The position numbers and the translations under genes are program-made. Shown here piece by piece: positions 21,923 to 30,446 of a stretch of 64,000 nt of DNA; position 1 is the stretch's first letter, and each line of letters starts with the position of its first letter. This DNA is from Syntrophales bacterium (GTDB lineage: Bacteria; Desulfobacterota; Syntrophia; Syntrophales; UBA4778), in contig JBHGBI010000001.1 of assembly GCA_041946925.1 (NCBI GenBank), positions 32,884 to 96,883 of the forward strand, in the 5' to 3' direction. The notes beneath the pieces were generated by a model. That model was not told the DNA's origin. It saw only the letters and a list, made by a program, of their open reading frames with translations, and made no database searches.

Positions 21923-21969
21923 GGGGGACCGTCTACTTTCGGAAAAACTGCTTTATCATTCCTTTCCAT

Positions 21970-22001
21970 CCCCGGGCCATTGCAAGGTCCGGGGATTTTT
22001 T
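21970..22001 (+). terminator. rho-independent terminator after ftsZ
   Basis: CCCCGG (21970-21975) pairs with CCGGGG (21989-21994) and is followed by ATTTTTTAT. Confidence 0.6.
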
Positions 22002-22080
22002 ATCAAATTTACGTTTTCCTTCTCCGGCGGAGGGCAAATTTCTGGAGACTCGATATCGGGAATTCAGGGCCCCTTTGGCT

Positions 22081-22096
22081 TGGCATGATCATTGCT
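22081..22096 (+). promoter_or_regulatory. sigma-54 (-24/-12) promoter
   Basis: TGGCATGATCATTGCT versus consensus TGGCAC-N5-TTGCW. GG and GC are at the correct spacing with one mismatch. It lies ~115 nt upstream of the ATG at 22212. Confidence 0.5.
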
Positions 22097-22211
22097 TGGA
22101 ACCTGTTATAAAGATTAAATTTTTACCCGTTTTTGCCGATTAACTATATAAAGTGGACGAACCGTCGGCAGGCCACGGGGACCTAAATCAGGCAGCACAG
22201 GACTAAAGGAG

Positions 22212-22664
22212 ATGAACATCATTTTTTATTCAAAATGCATGCATGGAACGGGAGAGCGGTTGTATAACATGATCGAATCCCTGTTTTTGAAAAAAAAGAT
22301 GGACGTATGCCGTACCCCGGCAGAACTGTCGTTGAGGCTTTGCCAGCCTCTGGACAATTCTCTTGTCGTGATTCTGGTGATTGCGGATCGTGAAGACCTT
22401 TCCAATATACTATCCATGCGTATTCTGCTGCAGGATACCCGAACGGTCCTGGTCCTACCCGACAGGCAGAGCGAGGCACTCGCCGGGAATCTGAACCCGA
22501 GACACCTGGCCTTCGCGGACAGCGAGTATCTGATAGTAGAGATCGCCTCCGTGCTGAAAGCCATGCTGGAAATCATTTATCTCTACAAAAAGGAAGTCGT
22601 CATATCCGGATGGCATAACCGTATCAGACGCTGGATGGCCGACAAGAAGATACAGTTGCATTGA
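22212..22664 (+). CDS. hypothetical protein (possible flavodoxin/receiver-like alpha-beta fold, no phosphoacceptor signature)
   Basis: 150-aa ORF with SD AAAGGAG 5 nt upstream. It shows an alternating hydrophobic-strand/helix pattern (IIFYS, VVILVIAD, TVLVLPD, HLAFAD) and I recognise no family. It is visibly AT-richer than its neighbours. Confidence 0.4.
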   Translation: MNIIFYSKCMHGTGERLYNMIESLFLKKKMDVCRTPAELSLRLCQPLDNSLVVILVIADREDLSNILSMRILLQDTRTVLVLPDRQSEALAGNLNPRHLAFADSEYLIVEIASVLKAMLEIIYLYKKEVVISGWHNRIRRWMADKKIQLH

Positions 22665-23415
22665 TCTTTCCCGCCCCTCGCCTCACCACCTTCTGTTTTC
22701 TCGCCCTGACCGCCAGAATGCCGGCGGAGCCGGAGCCGAGCAGGAGAAGAGTAGCCGGCTCAGGTACCGGCTGGTTGTCGCCGGGGCCGGGGTCCCCTCC
22801 CGTGCCTGGAAGGATGCCCGCATCAAGGGGTGTGCCTGTTGCGGAATTTGCGCCTGGATCGGGGCTTGTGCCTGTGTTCGGGATGATGTTCGTATCGGGA
22901 GAAGACCCCGTGGAGGTCGGAGGAGGACCTGTGCCGGGGCTCTCGCCTGCGGGATCCGGTGCAGGCAGTGAAGACAGGTAATCGGCCGTTGACAAAGCTG
23001 GGGCGGATAACCGCATGGACGCCGGTCCTCCGATGCCTGATCCATATCCCGTGACCGAAACATCTGGGGTATTCCCGGCATGTAAGGAGGGGGGGTCAAG
23101 GATGTTGTGATTCAAATCGCTTCCCGGTGAATTGAAGCCGATATTTGCCCTTTGCCTCTGAGGATGCAATCGGTTCATTAGCAGGTCCACGAGGGCCGCG
23201 TCGTAAAAAAGGCCCCTATAGGTCGAAGGCATTTCCGGATCGAATCGCTCTGGGTATCCTGCCGGGGATTCAAGCGGGGCTGGAGCAATATGGACGCTTT
23301 TCACACGGCCAACCGGATTCACCTGCCCGCTCGAAGCGACCGGCGGCGGATCCGAAGTGACGGGATAAAGAAGCAGCAAAGCTCCCAGCACGGGTAAGGT
23401 AAAATATTTTTTCAT
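22624..23415 (-). CDS. PEP-CTERM sorting-domain protein, secreted, Pro/Thr/Gly-rich
   Basis: Start chosen at MKKYFTLPVLGALLLLYPV (signal peptide). The C-terminus carries VPEPATLLLLGSGSAGILAVRARKQK, i.e. a PEP motif, a TM helix and a basic cluster. An extra 21-aa tail follows. Confidence 0.65.
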   Translation of the reverse strand: MKKYFTLPVLGALLLLYPVTSDPPPVASSGQVNPVGRVKSVHIAPAPLESPAGYPERFDPEMPSTYRGLFYDAALVDLLMNRLHPQRQRANIGFNSPGSDLNHNILDPPSLHAGNTPDVSVTGYGSGIGGPASMRLSAPALSTADYLSSLPAPDPAGESPGTGPPPTSTGSSPDTNIIPNTGTSPDPGANSATGTPLDAGILPGTGGDPGPGDNQPVPEPATLLLLGSGSAGILAVRARKQKVVRRGAGKINATVSSCRPSSV

Positions 23416-23602
23416 CGGGGCTGTCCGTTCTTCAGTCGATACCGGCAGGCCATCCTGCCGGAATGCAGGCGAGACCATAATACTATCCCGGAACTCCGCC
23501 ACGCTATCGGTAGATTTCATGGTTTTGTTCTTATTTTGAAGAGGCCCGATCTACGGAAAAAGTATCAAAGGATTGAAGCCCGCATCATCCTCTTCGGCGA
23601 GT

Positions 23603-24514
23603 TCAGAATGCAAATGTGAATCCTACGCCGCCGTACAAGAATGAACTGCCATTATCCGCGGGGTCGGCTTTCTTGCCGCGGCCCTTTATTTCATTGCCGG
23701 CGTCGCTTGTAAGCGGGAATGAACAGGCGATCATCGGGGTTACGGTCATGTGCTTCGCTGCCGCGATGGGCAGCGACACGGTTATGAGCCCGTCATGAAG
23801 GCCGTCGAACTTGTCGTTTGTCGCCTGGCCGCTGTCATTGAATTTTGGATAGCCTCCATAGCCTCCGCCCGCATTGAAGAGTGCCGCGTCTGCATAATTG
23901 CTTTTCAGGTAGCCGGCGTACGCCCCCAGTTTCAGCGAAACGGCTTTGCTCAGTTCGAAGACATGAGAGATGCCCAGAAGGGCGTAGTAGTAATGGTAGT
24001 GGTCGATTTCATCGTAAACAGTCAGAGTCGGGTTCAGAAGAGTATTCAGACTCACTGTAACGAATATCTCCTGGGCGTCCGGAGGTTTTGTGCCGCCGGG
24101 ATTGACCGCGCCGAGGCCGTAATATATGTATCCCATACCCGCGTTCAATAAGCCGAAGGTCTTGGTATAGGAGAGAGTCAAATCGGTTTCAGTCCAGGTA
24201 GTAGAATAATTGATATTCGAAGTCGAATAAGGCTTCGTATCCAGGTTGCCCCAGAGATTGACGCCGAAGCCCTTGTATCCAGCGGTCATTGAGGGCTGGA
24301 TAACGATACTGTTGCGCGTGTTCTCATATCCCCGCCAGACGTATTTGCTGAGGGCGCAGGCCGTAAAATCAAAGGTGGGTCTGTCTTCCGCCGCCTGTAC
24401 TGTTACGGGAGCTCCGGAAGGCTCTGCGGACGTCTTCACTTCTCCGGCCATGGCCGGGATTGTTGTCGATGCCAGGAGGATAATAGCTGCAAAAAGACAT
24501 TTGAATCCTTTCAT
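23603..24514 (-). CDS. outer-membrane beta-barrel putative porin (TorF/Gcw_chp-like)
   Basis: Start at MKGFKCLFAAIILLASTTIPAMA (signal peptide). Alternating beta-strand pattern, SKYVWRGY near the N-terminus, and a C-terminal aromatic residue (GVGFTFAF). Confidence 0.55.
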   Translation of the reverse strand: MKGFKCLFAAIILLASTTIPAMAGEVKTSAEPSGAPVTVQAAEDRPTFDFTACALSKYVWRGYENTRNSIVIQPSMTAGYKGFGVNLWGNLDTKPYSTSNINYSTTWTETDLTLSYTKTFGLLNAGMGYIYYGLGAVNPGGTKPPDAQEIFVTVSLNTLLNPTLTVYDEIDHYHYYYALLGISHVFELSKAVSLKLGAYAGYLKSNYADAALFNAGGGYGGYPKFNDSGQATNDKFDGLHDGLITVSLPIAAAKHMTVTPMIACSFPLTSDAGNEIKGRGKKADPADNGSSFLYGGVGFTFAF

Positions 24515-24719
24515 GATTGGTTTCTCCTTTTCTTCCTTTTCCCCTTGCAAAATTCTTTCACGTCGATCTGGTATTTTTGTATCCTGTGATTCAGGATGCG
24601 CTTTGTTGTGCCCAGGATTTCCGCGTGTTTCCACTGTTCTTTTTATTCCTTTTGATTCGGGTTCCATCGAGGGATTTCCTCCTGATCGAATTCCGCAGGC
24701 GCAAAATACAGGCCGGATA

Positions 24720-25061
24720 TCAGCCGATTGCCTTCTCCCCGCGTTCGCTCGTCCGGATCCGTATCACGTCTTTGAGATCCATTACGAAAATCTTCCCGTC
24801 GCCTATCTCCGCCGTGCGCGCTCCCTTGATCAGCGCGTTAATCGTGGGCTCCACGAAATCCTCGTTTACGGCTATCTCGATTTTCACTTTCTTCAGGAGG
24901 CTGCCGACTTCCTTGGCGCCCCTGTATATCTCTGTTACGCCCTTTTGCCTGCCGCGTCCCAGGACGTTGGATACTGTCATCAGGCCCACATCTGCATCCT
25001 CGAGGGCTTTTTTGACGTCTTCCAGTTTGTGCGGTTGTATGATGGCTATTATGTATTTCAT
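24720..25061 (-). CDS. glnK: P-II family nitrogen regulator (GlnK-type, amtB-linked)
   Basis: 113 aa that aligns colinearly with GlnB/GlnK (T-loop [15 protein letters not shown]; C-terminal GDGKIFV). It sits 10 nt downstream of amtB. Confidence 0.9.
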   Translation of the reverse strand: MKYIIAIIQPHKLEDVKKALEDADVGLMTVSNVLGRGRQKGVTEIYRGAKEVGSLLKKVKIEIAVNEDFVEPTINALIKGARTAEIGDGKIFVMDLKDVIRIRTSERGEKAIG

Positions 25062-25071
25062 GCGATTCCTC

Positions 25072-26301
25072 CTATTCCAGAACAGTATATGCAGCTTCGT
25101 TGTGCTGGGTCAGATCCAGCCCGATTGTCTCGTCTTTCAGCGTCACCCTCATCCCGATCAGCGCGTCGACGAACTTGTACAGTATCCAGGTGATCGCCGC
25201 GGCATAGGCGAAGCAGGAAATGAAATACAAACCCTGGGTCAGCAGGAGATGGGGATTGCCGAAGAGCAAGCCGTCGGCGCCTGCCTCGTTGACGGCCTTT
25301 TCGGCGAAGATGCCGGTGGCCAGAGTGCCCCATGTTCCGCCGACGCAGTGGACGCCGAAGACATCGAGGGCGTCGTCATAGCCCAATTTGGGTTTCAATA
25401 CGGTTACCGCGTAGAAGCAGAGTATGCCGGCTATGACGCCGACAGGGATGGCTGCGAGCGGGCTGACGAATCCGCAGGCGGGCGTGATGGCGACGAGCCC
25501 CGCGACAGCACCGGAGACCACGCCGAGTACAGTGGGCGCTCCGTTCTTCAACCATTCCATGAAGCCCCATGTCAAACCCGCGGCCGCTGTCGCCGTATTC
25601 GTGGTCACAAATGCGTTTGCCGCGATACCGTCCGCCGCGAGCGCGCTTCCGGCATTGAATCCGAACCAGCCGAACCAGAGCAATGCCCCTCCCAGGACCG
25701 TGAAGGGGAGGTTATGAGGGGCAAATGATGCATTGTTGTACCCGATCCTTCTTCCGATAAGCAGGCACATGACCATTGCAGAGATGCCGGAGCTCACGTG
25801 AACAACTATTCCACCTGCGAAATCGAGGGCCCCGAGATTTTTCAGCCAGCCGCCGTCGCCCCAGACCCAATGGGCGATGGGGTCATAGACAAAAGTTGTC
25901 CATAAAAGGGTGAAGATCACGAAAGCGGAAAATTTGATTCTCTCGGCAAAGGCCCCGATAATCAGTGCGGGCGTTATAATCGCGAACATGCACTGGAAGA
26001 TCATGAAAGCAAGGTGGGGTATGGTCTTCGAGTACACGTCGAGCGGCTTCGCTCCGACGCCTACAAGACCTGCCCAATCCAGACCTCCAATCATGCCCCT
26101 GATGTCGGGTCCGAAGGATAGGGAGTACCCATAAAGAACCCATTGCAGTCCTATGAGGCACATGATGAAAAAACATTGCATCAAAAGAGAAAGGACGTTT
26201 TTTCTTCTCGCCATGCCGCCATAGAAAAAAGCCAGACCCGGTGTCATAATCAAGACCAGGGCCGAAGCGGCCAATACCCACGCTGTGTCGCCTGAATTCA
26301 T
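25072..26301 (-). CDS. amtB: ammonium transporter
   Basis: 409-aa polytopic protein with Amt signatures ([24 protein letters not shown]). Confidence 0.9.
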   Translation of the reverse strand: MNSGDTAWVLAASALVLIMTPGLAFFYGGMARRKNVLSLLMQCFFIMCLIGLQWVLYGYSLSFGPDIRGMIGGLDWAGLVGVGAKPLDVYSKTIPHLAFMIFQCMFAIITPALIIGAFAERIKFSAFVIFTLLWTTFVYDPIAHWVWGDGGWLKNLGALDFAGGIVVHVSSGISAMVMCLLIGRRIGYNNASFAPHNLPFTVLGGALLWFGWFGFNAGSALAADGIAANAFVTTNTATAAAGLTWGFMEWLKNGAPTVLGVVSGAVAGLVAITPACGFVSPLAAIPVGVIAGILCFYAVTVLKPKLGYDDALDVFGVHCVGGTWGTLATGIFAEKAVNEAGADGLLFGNPHLLLTQGLYFISCFAYAAAITWILYKFVDALIGMRVTLKDETIGLDLTQHNEAAYTVLE

Positions 26302-26353
26302 GTCAAATCACCTCCCGAAAAATTACGAAAACCAATATCTGGCGGATATACAG

Positions 26354-26369
26354 AGCAATCTCGGTGCCG
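26354..26369 (-). promoter_or_regulatory. sigma-54 (-24/-12) promoter of amtB-glnK
   Basis: The minus strand reads CGGCACCGAGATTGCT (GGCAC-N5-TTGCT), ~50 nt upstream of the amtB ATG. Confidence 0.55.
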
Positions 26370-26712
26370 TGGGAGTAATTCGTTATAAGCCGTTGTTTTT
26401 AAAGGAATTATGAGAAAAGAAGGCGAGATGAAAAAATAACATAAATGTAGATTGAATATTTATAAATACATAAATGTGATTATTTTATTCTTGATCTGTG
26501 CTGGTATTCTTTTAGATGGAAAGAAGTCCTGATATTGAATATATTTCAACATGTTGGGTGCAAAAGTAGGGTTCTATCTCTCCTGATGGGGAATTTCTCC
26601 CATTGTATTCATTGCCGCTTTCGGTTAAAAAAGACGTATCCAGGGTAAAGGGAAAAAGGCGCTTGTGGCAAATCCCGCGGGAACGCCACGAAAACATGCG
26701 AAGGAGGCATAT

Positions 26713-27735
26713 ATGAAAGCAGCCATAATGGGCGCCGGCTCGCTCGGGACGATCGCCGGGGCTCTGATCACGAAAAACGGCGGGGATGTCGTTTTAATCG
26801 ACGCCAACAAGGAGCATGTGGAGGCGTTGAATAAGAACGGCGCGACAGTAACGGGCAAAATGCAGTTGAACGTGCCTGTACGGGCCATAACACCTGACCG
26901 TATGGAAGGCACTTACGACATTGTCCTCTATATGGTGAAGCAGACCCATAATGAGCAGGCACTGAGATCGCTGCTCCCTCATCTGCATGACCGCAGTGTC
27001 GTATGTGTCATGCAGAACGGAGTTCCTGAAGAGGCCGTTGCGGCATGTGTCGGTAAAGAAAGGGTTGTCGGCTGCGCGGTCGGCTGGGGAGCCACCTGGT
27101 TGAAGCCGGGTGTTTCCGAACTTACTTCCGAGGTGGCCAAGATGACCCTGGATGTGGGGGAATTGGAGGGTCACTCGAGCTGGCGCGTGCAGATGGCGGC
27201 CGATATCCTGAGAAAGATCTGTCCTACGGAAATTACGGAGAACCTCCAGGGTATCCGCTGGTCAAAGCTGTTGATTAATGCTACATTTAGTGGGATGTCT
27301 GCGGTCCTCGGCTGTACTTACGGGGACATACTCGAAAATGAAAAAGCGCTTACCTGCGCGGCTGTTATCGCCAATGAAATCATAGCTGTGGCGAGAGGTC
27401 TCGGCGTAATCCTGGAGCCGATCCAGGGAGTCGATCTGCAGATCCTTGCCTTCAGGAACAAGACGGAAATGATGGGGAAGTTTCCCATTTACCAGGCTGT
27501 CTTCGGTCCTCATCGCCTTCTTAAGGCCAGCATGCTTCAGGACCTTGAGAAAGGGCTGAAGACGGAAATCGGGGCGATCAACGGGGTAGTATGCGAAAAG
27601 GGCAGGAAGGTTGCAGTGGCGACCCCGGTGAATGATACGGTTGTGGAAATTGTCACGGGAATCGAGGCGGGTAAGTACAGACCGGTCTTCAGAAATATCG
27701 ATTTATTCAAACTTCCGCAGATACCGGAAAAATGA
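26713..27735 (+). CDS. ketopantoate reductase (PanE/ApbA) family NAD(P)-dependent oxidoreductase
   Basis: Start at the ATG after GAAGGAGG. MKAAIMGAGSLGTIAGALITKNGGDVVLID is a Rossmann N-terminus, and the ApbA_C-like second half is present. Confidence 0.75.
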   Translation: MKAAIMGAGSLGTIAGALITKNGGDVVLIDANKEHVEALNKNGATVTGKMQLNVPVRAITPDRMEGTYDIVLYMVKQTHNEQALRSLLPHLHDRSVVCVMQNGVPEEAVAACVGKERVVGCAVGWGATWLKPGVSELTSEVAKMTLDVGELEGHSSWRVQMAADILRKICPTEITENLQGIRWSKLLINATFSGMSAVLGCTYGDILENEKALTCAAVIANEIIAVARGLGVILEPIQGVDLQILAFRNKTEMMGKFPIYQAVFGPHRLLKASMLQDLEKGLKTEIGAINGVVCEKGRKVAVATPVNDTVVEIVTGIEAGKYRPVFRNIDLFKLPQIPEK

Positions 27736-27763
27736 AACAGGAAGGAAAACAGGAGGTTGTAAA

Positions 27764-28687
27764 ATGAAAGAGAAAGCAGTTGTTACGGCGGCAATTACGG
27801 GAAGCATCCATACGCCGACAATGTCGGAGTATCTGCCCATCACGCCGAAGCAGATCGCGGACGAGGCCGTTCGGGCCCGCGAGGCGGGTGCGGCGGTCTG
27901 CCACATCCACGCGCGCAACCCTGAGACGGGGATGCCAGTGCCCGACGTAAACCTCATGAAGGAGATCGTCTCAGATATCAAGAGACGTTGCGATATCGTG
28001 GTATGCATCACTACTGGAGGCGGCCTGGGTATGACCGTCGAGCAGCGCGTCGCTCCGGTTACACTCTATAAACCGGAGCTTGCCTCTTTCAATGCGGGCT
28101 CGATCAATTTCGCGCTCTTTCCGGTGATCCCCCGCTTCAAGGAATTCAAGCATCCCTGGGAGAAGCAGTACCTGGCGATGAGCGAAGATTTCATCTTCCC
28201 CAACACCTTTAAATCGATGCGGGAGTACTGTGTTATCTTCAATGAGAACGGGACGAAGCCGGAATTCGAGATCTACGATTCGGGGATGGTGAACAATGTC
28301 GCCTTCATGATCGAGGCGGGGTACGTGAAGAAGCCCGTTTACATCCAGTTCGTCATGGGGGTCCTGGGCGGGATCACCCCGAGTTCGGAAAACCTTCTTT
28401 TCATGGTGGACTACGCGAAGAAGCTGATCGGCGATTTTGAGTTTTCGGTCTGCGTGGCGGGCCGGGCGCAGTTTCCGATCTGCACGCAGTCGCTCCTTAT
28501 AGGCGGCAATGTCCGGGTGGGTCTCGAGGACAATCTCTACCTGGAGAAGGGGCAGATGGCGAAGAGCAATGCCGAGCAGGTGGCGAAAATCGTGCGTATC
28601 GCCCGCGAACTCGGGATCGAGCCGGCCACCCCGGATGAGGCCAGGAAGATTCTCGGCTTGAAGGGTATGGACAAAGTGAATTTCTGA
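27764..28687 (+). CDS. beta-keto acid cleavage enzyme (BKACE / 3-keto-5-aminohexanoate cleavage enzyme family, DUF849)
   Basis: Start after AGGAGG. The sequence VVTAAITGSIHTPTMSEYLPITPKQIADEAVRAREAGAAVCHIHARNPETG is the typical BKACE N-terminus. ~307 aa TIM barrel. Confidence 0.8.
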   Translation: MKEKAVVTAAITGSIHTPTMSEYLPITPKQIADEAVRAREAGAAVCHIHARNPETGMPVPDVNLMKEIVSDIKRRCDIVVCITTGGGLGMTVEQRVAPVTLYKPELASFNAGSINFALFPVIPRFKEFKHPWEKQYLAMSEDFIFPNTFKSMREYCVIFNENGTKPEFEIYDSGMVNNVAFMIEAGYVKKPVYIQFVMGVLGGITPSSENLLFMVDYAKKLIGDFEFSVCVAGRAQFPICTQSLLIGGNVRVGLEDNLYLEKGQMAKSNAEQVAKIVRIARELGIEPATPDEARKILGLKGMDKVNF

Positions 28688-28857
28688 CGAATACGTCCAA
28701 AAGCCTGGCCGGATCTTCTTGACAAGAATGCCGAGTTGAAGGAAAGTAGCGGCATGCGTTCTTTGGTAAGTAAAACATACTTACAAATTTAGGGTATCGC
28801 TGCTGAACGAGGCTGAGGCTCAACGAAATAATTTTTTTCTCACAAAGGAGTCGTGTC

Positions 28858-30303
28858 ATGATCGGAATAACATCTTACGGAGCGTACATACCCCGCTACA
28901 GGCTGAATCGCAAAGTGATTTTTGAGATGATGGGCTGGTTTAACCCGGCGACAGCCGCCGTGGCCAGAGGGGAGAAGGCCGTGGCGAATTGTGACGAGGA
29001 CAGCATCACCATGGCCGTCTCTGCGGCCATAGACTGTATGAACGGCGGGAAAAGAGAAAGCGTGGACGGCGTTTACCTGGCCTCCACATCACTGCCTTTC
29101 GCGCAAAGGCAGAATGCGGTCATAGTTTCAGAGGCGCTTGATTTCAAGGCGGGCATACGCAGCGCAGACGTGGCGGGCTCGCTTAAGGCAGGTACGACGG
29201 CGCTTCTTGCCGCTCTGGATGCGGCTGGCAGCGGCCAGGCCCGGCAGTTCCTCGTCGCGGCCAGCGAAGCGAGAGTCGGAAAGCCGGGAAGCAATCAGGA
29301 GCACACATTCGGAGATGGCGCCGCAGCCCTCTTGGTGGGCCGTGAAGGAGTGATAGCCGAATACAAGGGTTCGTATTCCGTCTCTCACGACTTCATTGAT
29401 TACAGGCGCTTGAATGTGGAGAAGTTCGAACACGGTTGGGAAGAGCGGTGGATACGGGAAGAAGGCTACGGGAAGATCATACCCGAAGCGGCGGCGGGAC
29501 TTGCGAAAAAGTATAATCTGAAAGTCGCCGACTTCGCGAAAATCGTTGTCGGCTGTCCAGTGGCGGCGCTTGTCGCAAGCCTTGGGAAGGCCATGGGAGC
29601 GAAACCGGAGCAGATGGAGGACAACATGGCGTCGACAGTCGGGGATACCGGCGCCGCACTGCCGCTGATGATGTTCACGGCGGCGCTGGAGAAGTCCAAG
29701 CCTGGCGACCGGATTCTTGTCCTGAGCTATGGGAGCGGGGCCGATGCCCTCTGGTTTGAAGTCACACCGGAAATAGAGAAAGCGCGCGACAGGAAAGGAA
29801 TAGGCGGACATCTTTCATTGAAGAGAGAGCTTGCGAACTACGGAAAATACCTCGTTTTCCGCGATTTGATACCCCTGGAAGTGGGTATCCGTGGCGAGGA
29901 GATAGCGCCGATGGCGATGTCGGTTCTGTACAGGGAGGGAAAGACTATTTCCGCCCTGGTCGGTTCGAAATGCCGCGCCTGTGGGACGCCTCAGTATCCG
30001 CCGCAGAAGATCTGCGTGAATCCGCAGTGCGGCGCCGTGGGGGATATGGAACCTTATCGTTTTTCCGATAAAGTCGGAACTCTTGCATCCTATACGGGAG
30101 ACAATCTGGCGTTCAGTCTGGATCCGCCGGCGATATACGGGCTTGTGGATTTTAAAGAAGGGGGGAGGCTTTTTCTGGACCTGACGGACTGCTCATTGAA
30201 GGACCTGTGGGTAGGGATGCCGGTTGTCATGACCTTCCGGAGAAAATACGCGGACGTCAGGCGTGCGATATTTGGCTATTACTGGAAAGCTATTCCGGTA
30301 TAG
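28858..30303 (+). CDS. HMG-CoA synthase-like (thiolase-fold) protein lacking the nucleophilic Cys, fused to a C-terminal DUF35 Zn-ribbon/OB-fold domain
   Basis: The N-terminus MIGITSYGAYIPRYRL and its general colinearity resemble archaeal-type HMGCS. The archaeal GSESHPY and FACKAGT positions read ASTSLPF and GSLKAGT here. The C-terminus has CRACG-x10-C-x4-C followed by an OB-fold-like segment (DUF35). Confidence 0.7.
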   Translation: MIGITSYGAYIPRYRLNRKVIFEMMGWFNPATAAVARGEKAVANCDEDSITMAVSAAIDCMNGGKRESVDGVYLASTSLPFAQRQNAVIVSEALDFKAGIRSADVAGSLKAGTTALLAALDAAGSGQARQFLVAASEARVGKPGSNQEHTFGDGAAALLVGREGVIAEYKGSYSVSHDFIDYRRLNVEKFEHGWEERWIREEGYGKIIPEAAAGLAKKYNLKVADFAKIVVGCPVAALVASLGKAMGAKPEQMEDNMASTVGDTGAALPLMMFTAALEKSKPGDRILVLSYGSGADALWFEVTPEIEKARDRKGIGGHLSLKRELANYGKYLVFRDLIPLEVGIRGEEIAPMAMSVLYREGKTISALVGSKCRACGTPQYPPQKICVNPQCGAVGDMEPYRFSDKVGTLASYTGDNLAFSLDPPAIYGLVDFKEGGRLFLDLTDCSLKDLWVGMPVVMTFRRKYADVRRAIFGYYWKAIPV

Positions 30304-30446
30304 TATTGTGGGACTGGCGTCCCAAAAGCGGGCGGCCGGGAAAACGCCGCTTGCGAGGAAAAATATGAACGGCCGGGGGCGGATCGAAAGCGGGAGTAAA
30401 AACCGCGGGCCGATGAGCCCGGCGCCAATGAACTGGAGGATATAAA

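Noticed and set aside
23416-23602. Looked for a sigma-54 promoter upstream of the PEP-CTERM gene, because PEP-CTERM regulons can be controlled by sigma-54 enhancer-binding proteins
   Set aside because: The TGG...GC candidates in this spacer have the wrong GG-to-GC spacing (8 nt instead of 10) or lack the GC element.
24246-25728. Two long plus-strand ORFs (315 aa and 403 aa)
   Set aside because: They are antisense to the porin, glnK and amtB genes. Their composition is low-complexity and they have no motifs.
26512-26697. 61-aa minus-strand ORF in the AT-rich region upstream of amtB
   Set aside because: It lies in a promoter/regulatory spacer, has no SD and has an odd composition. It also overlaps the start region of the plus-strand reductase gene.
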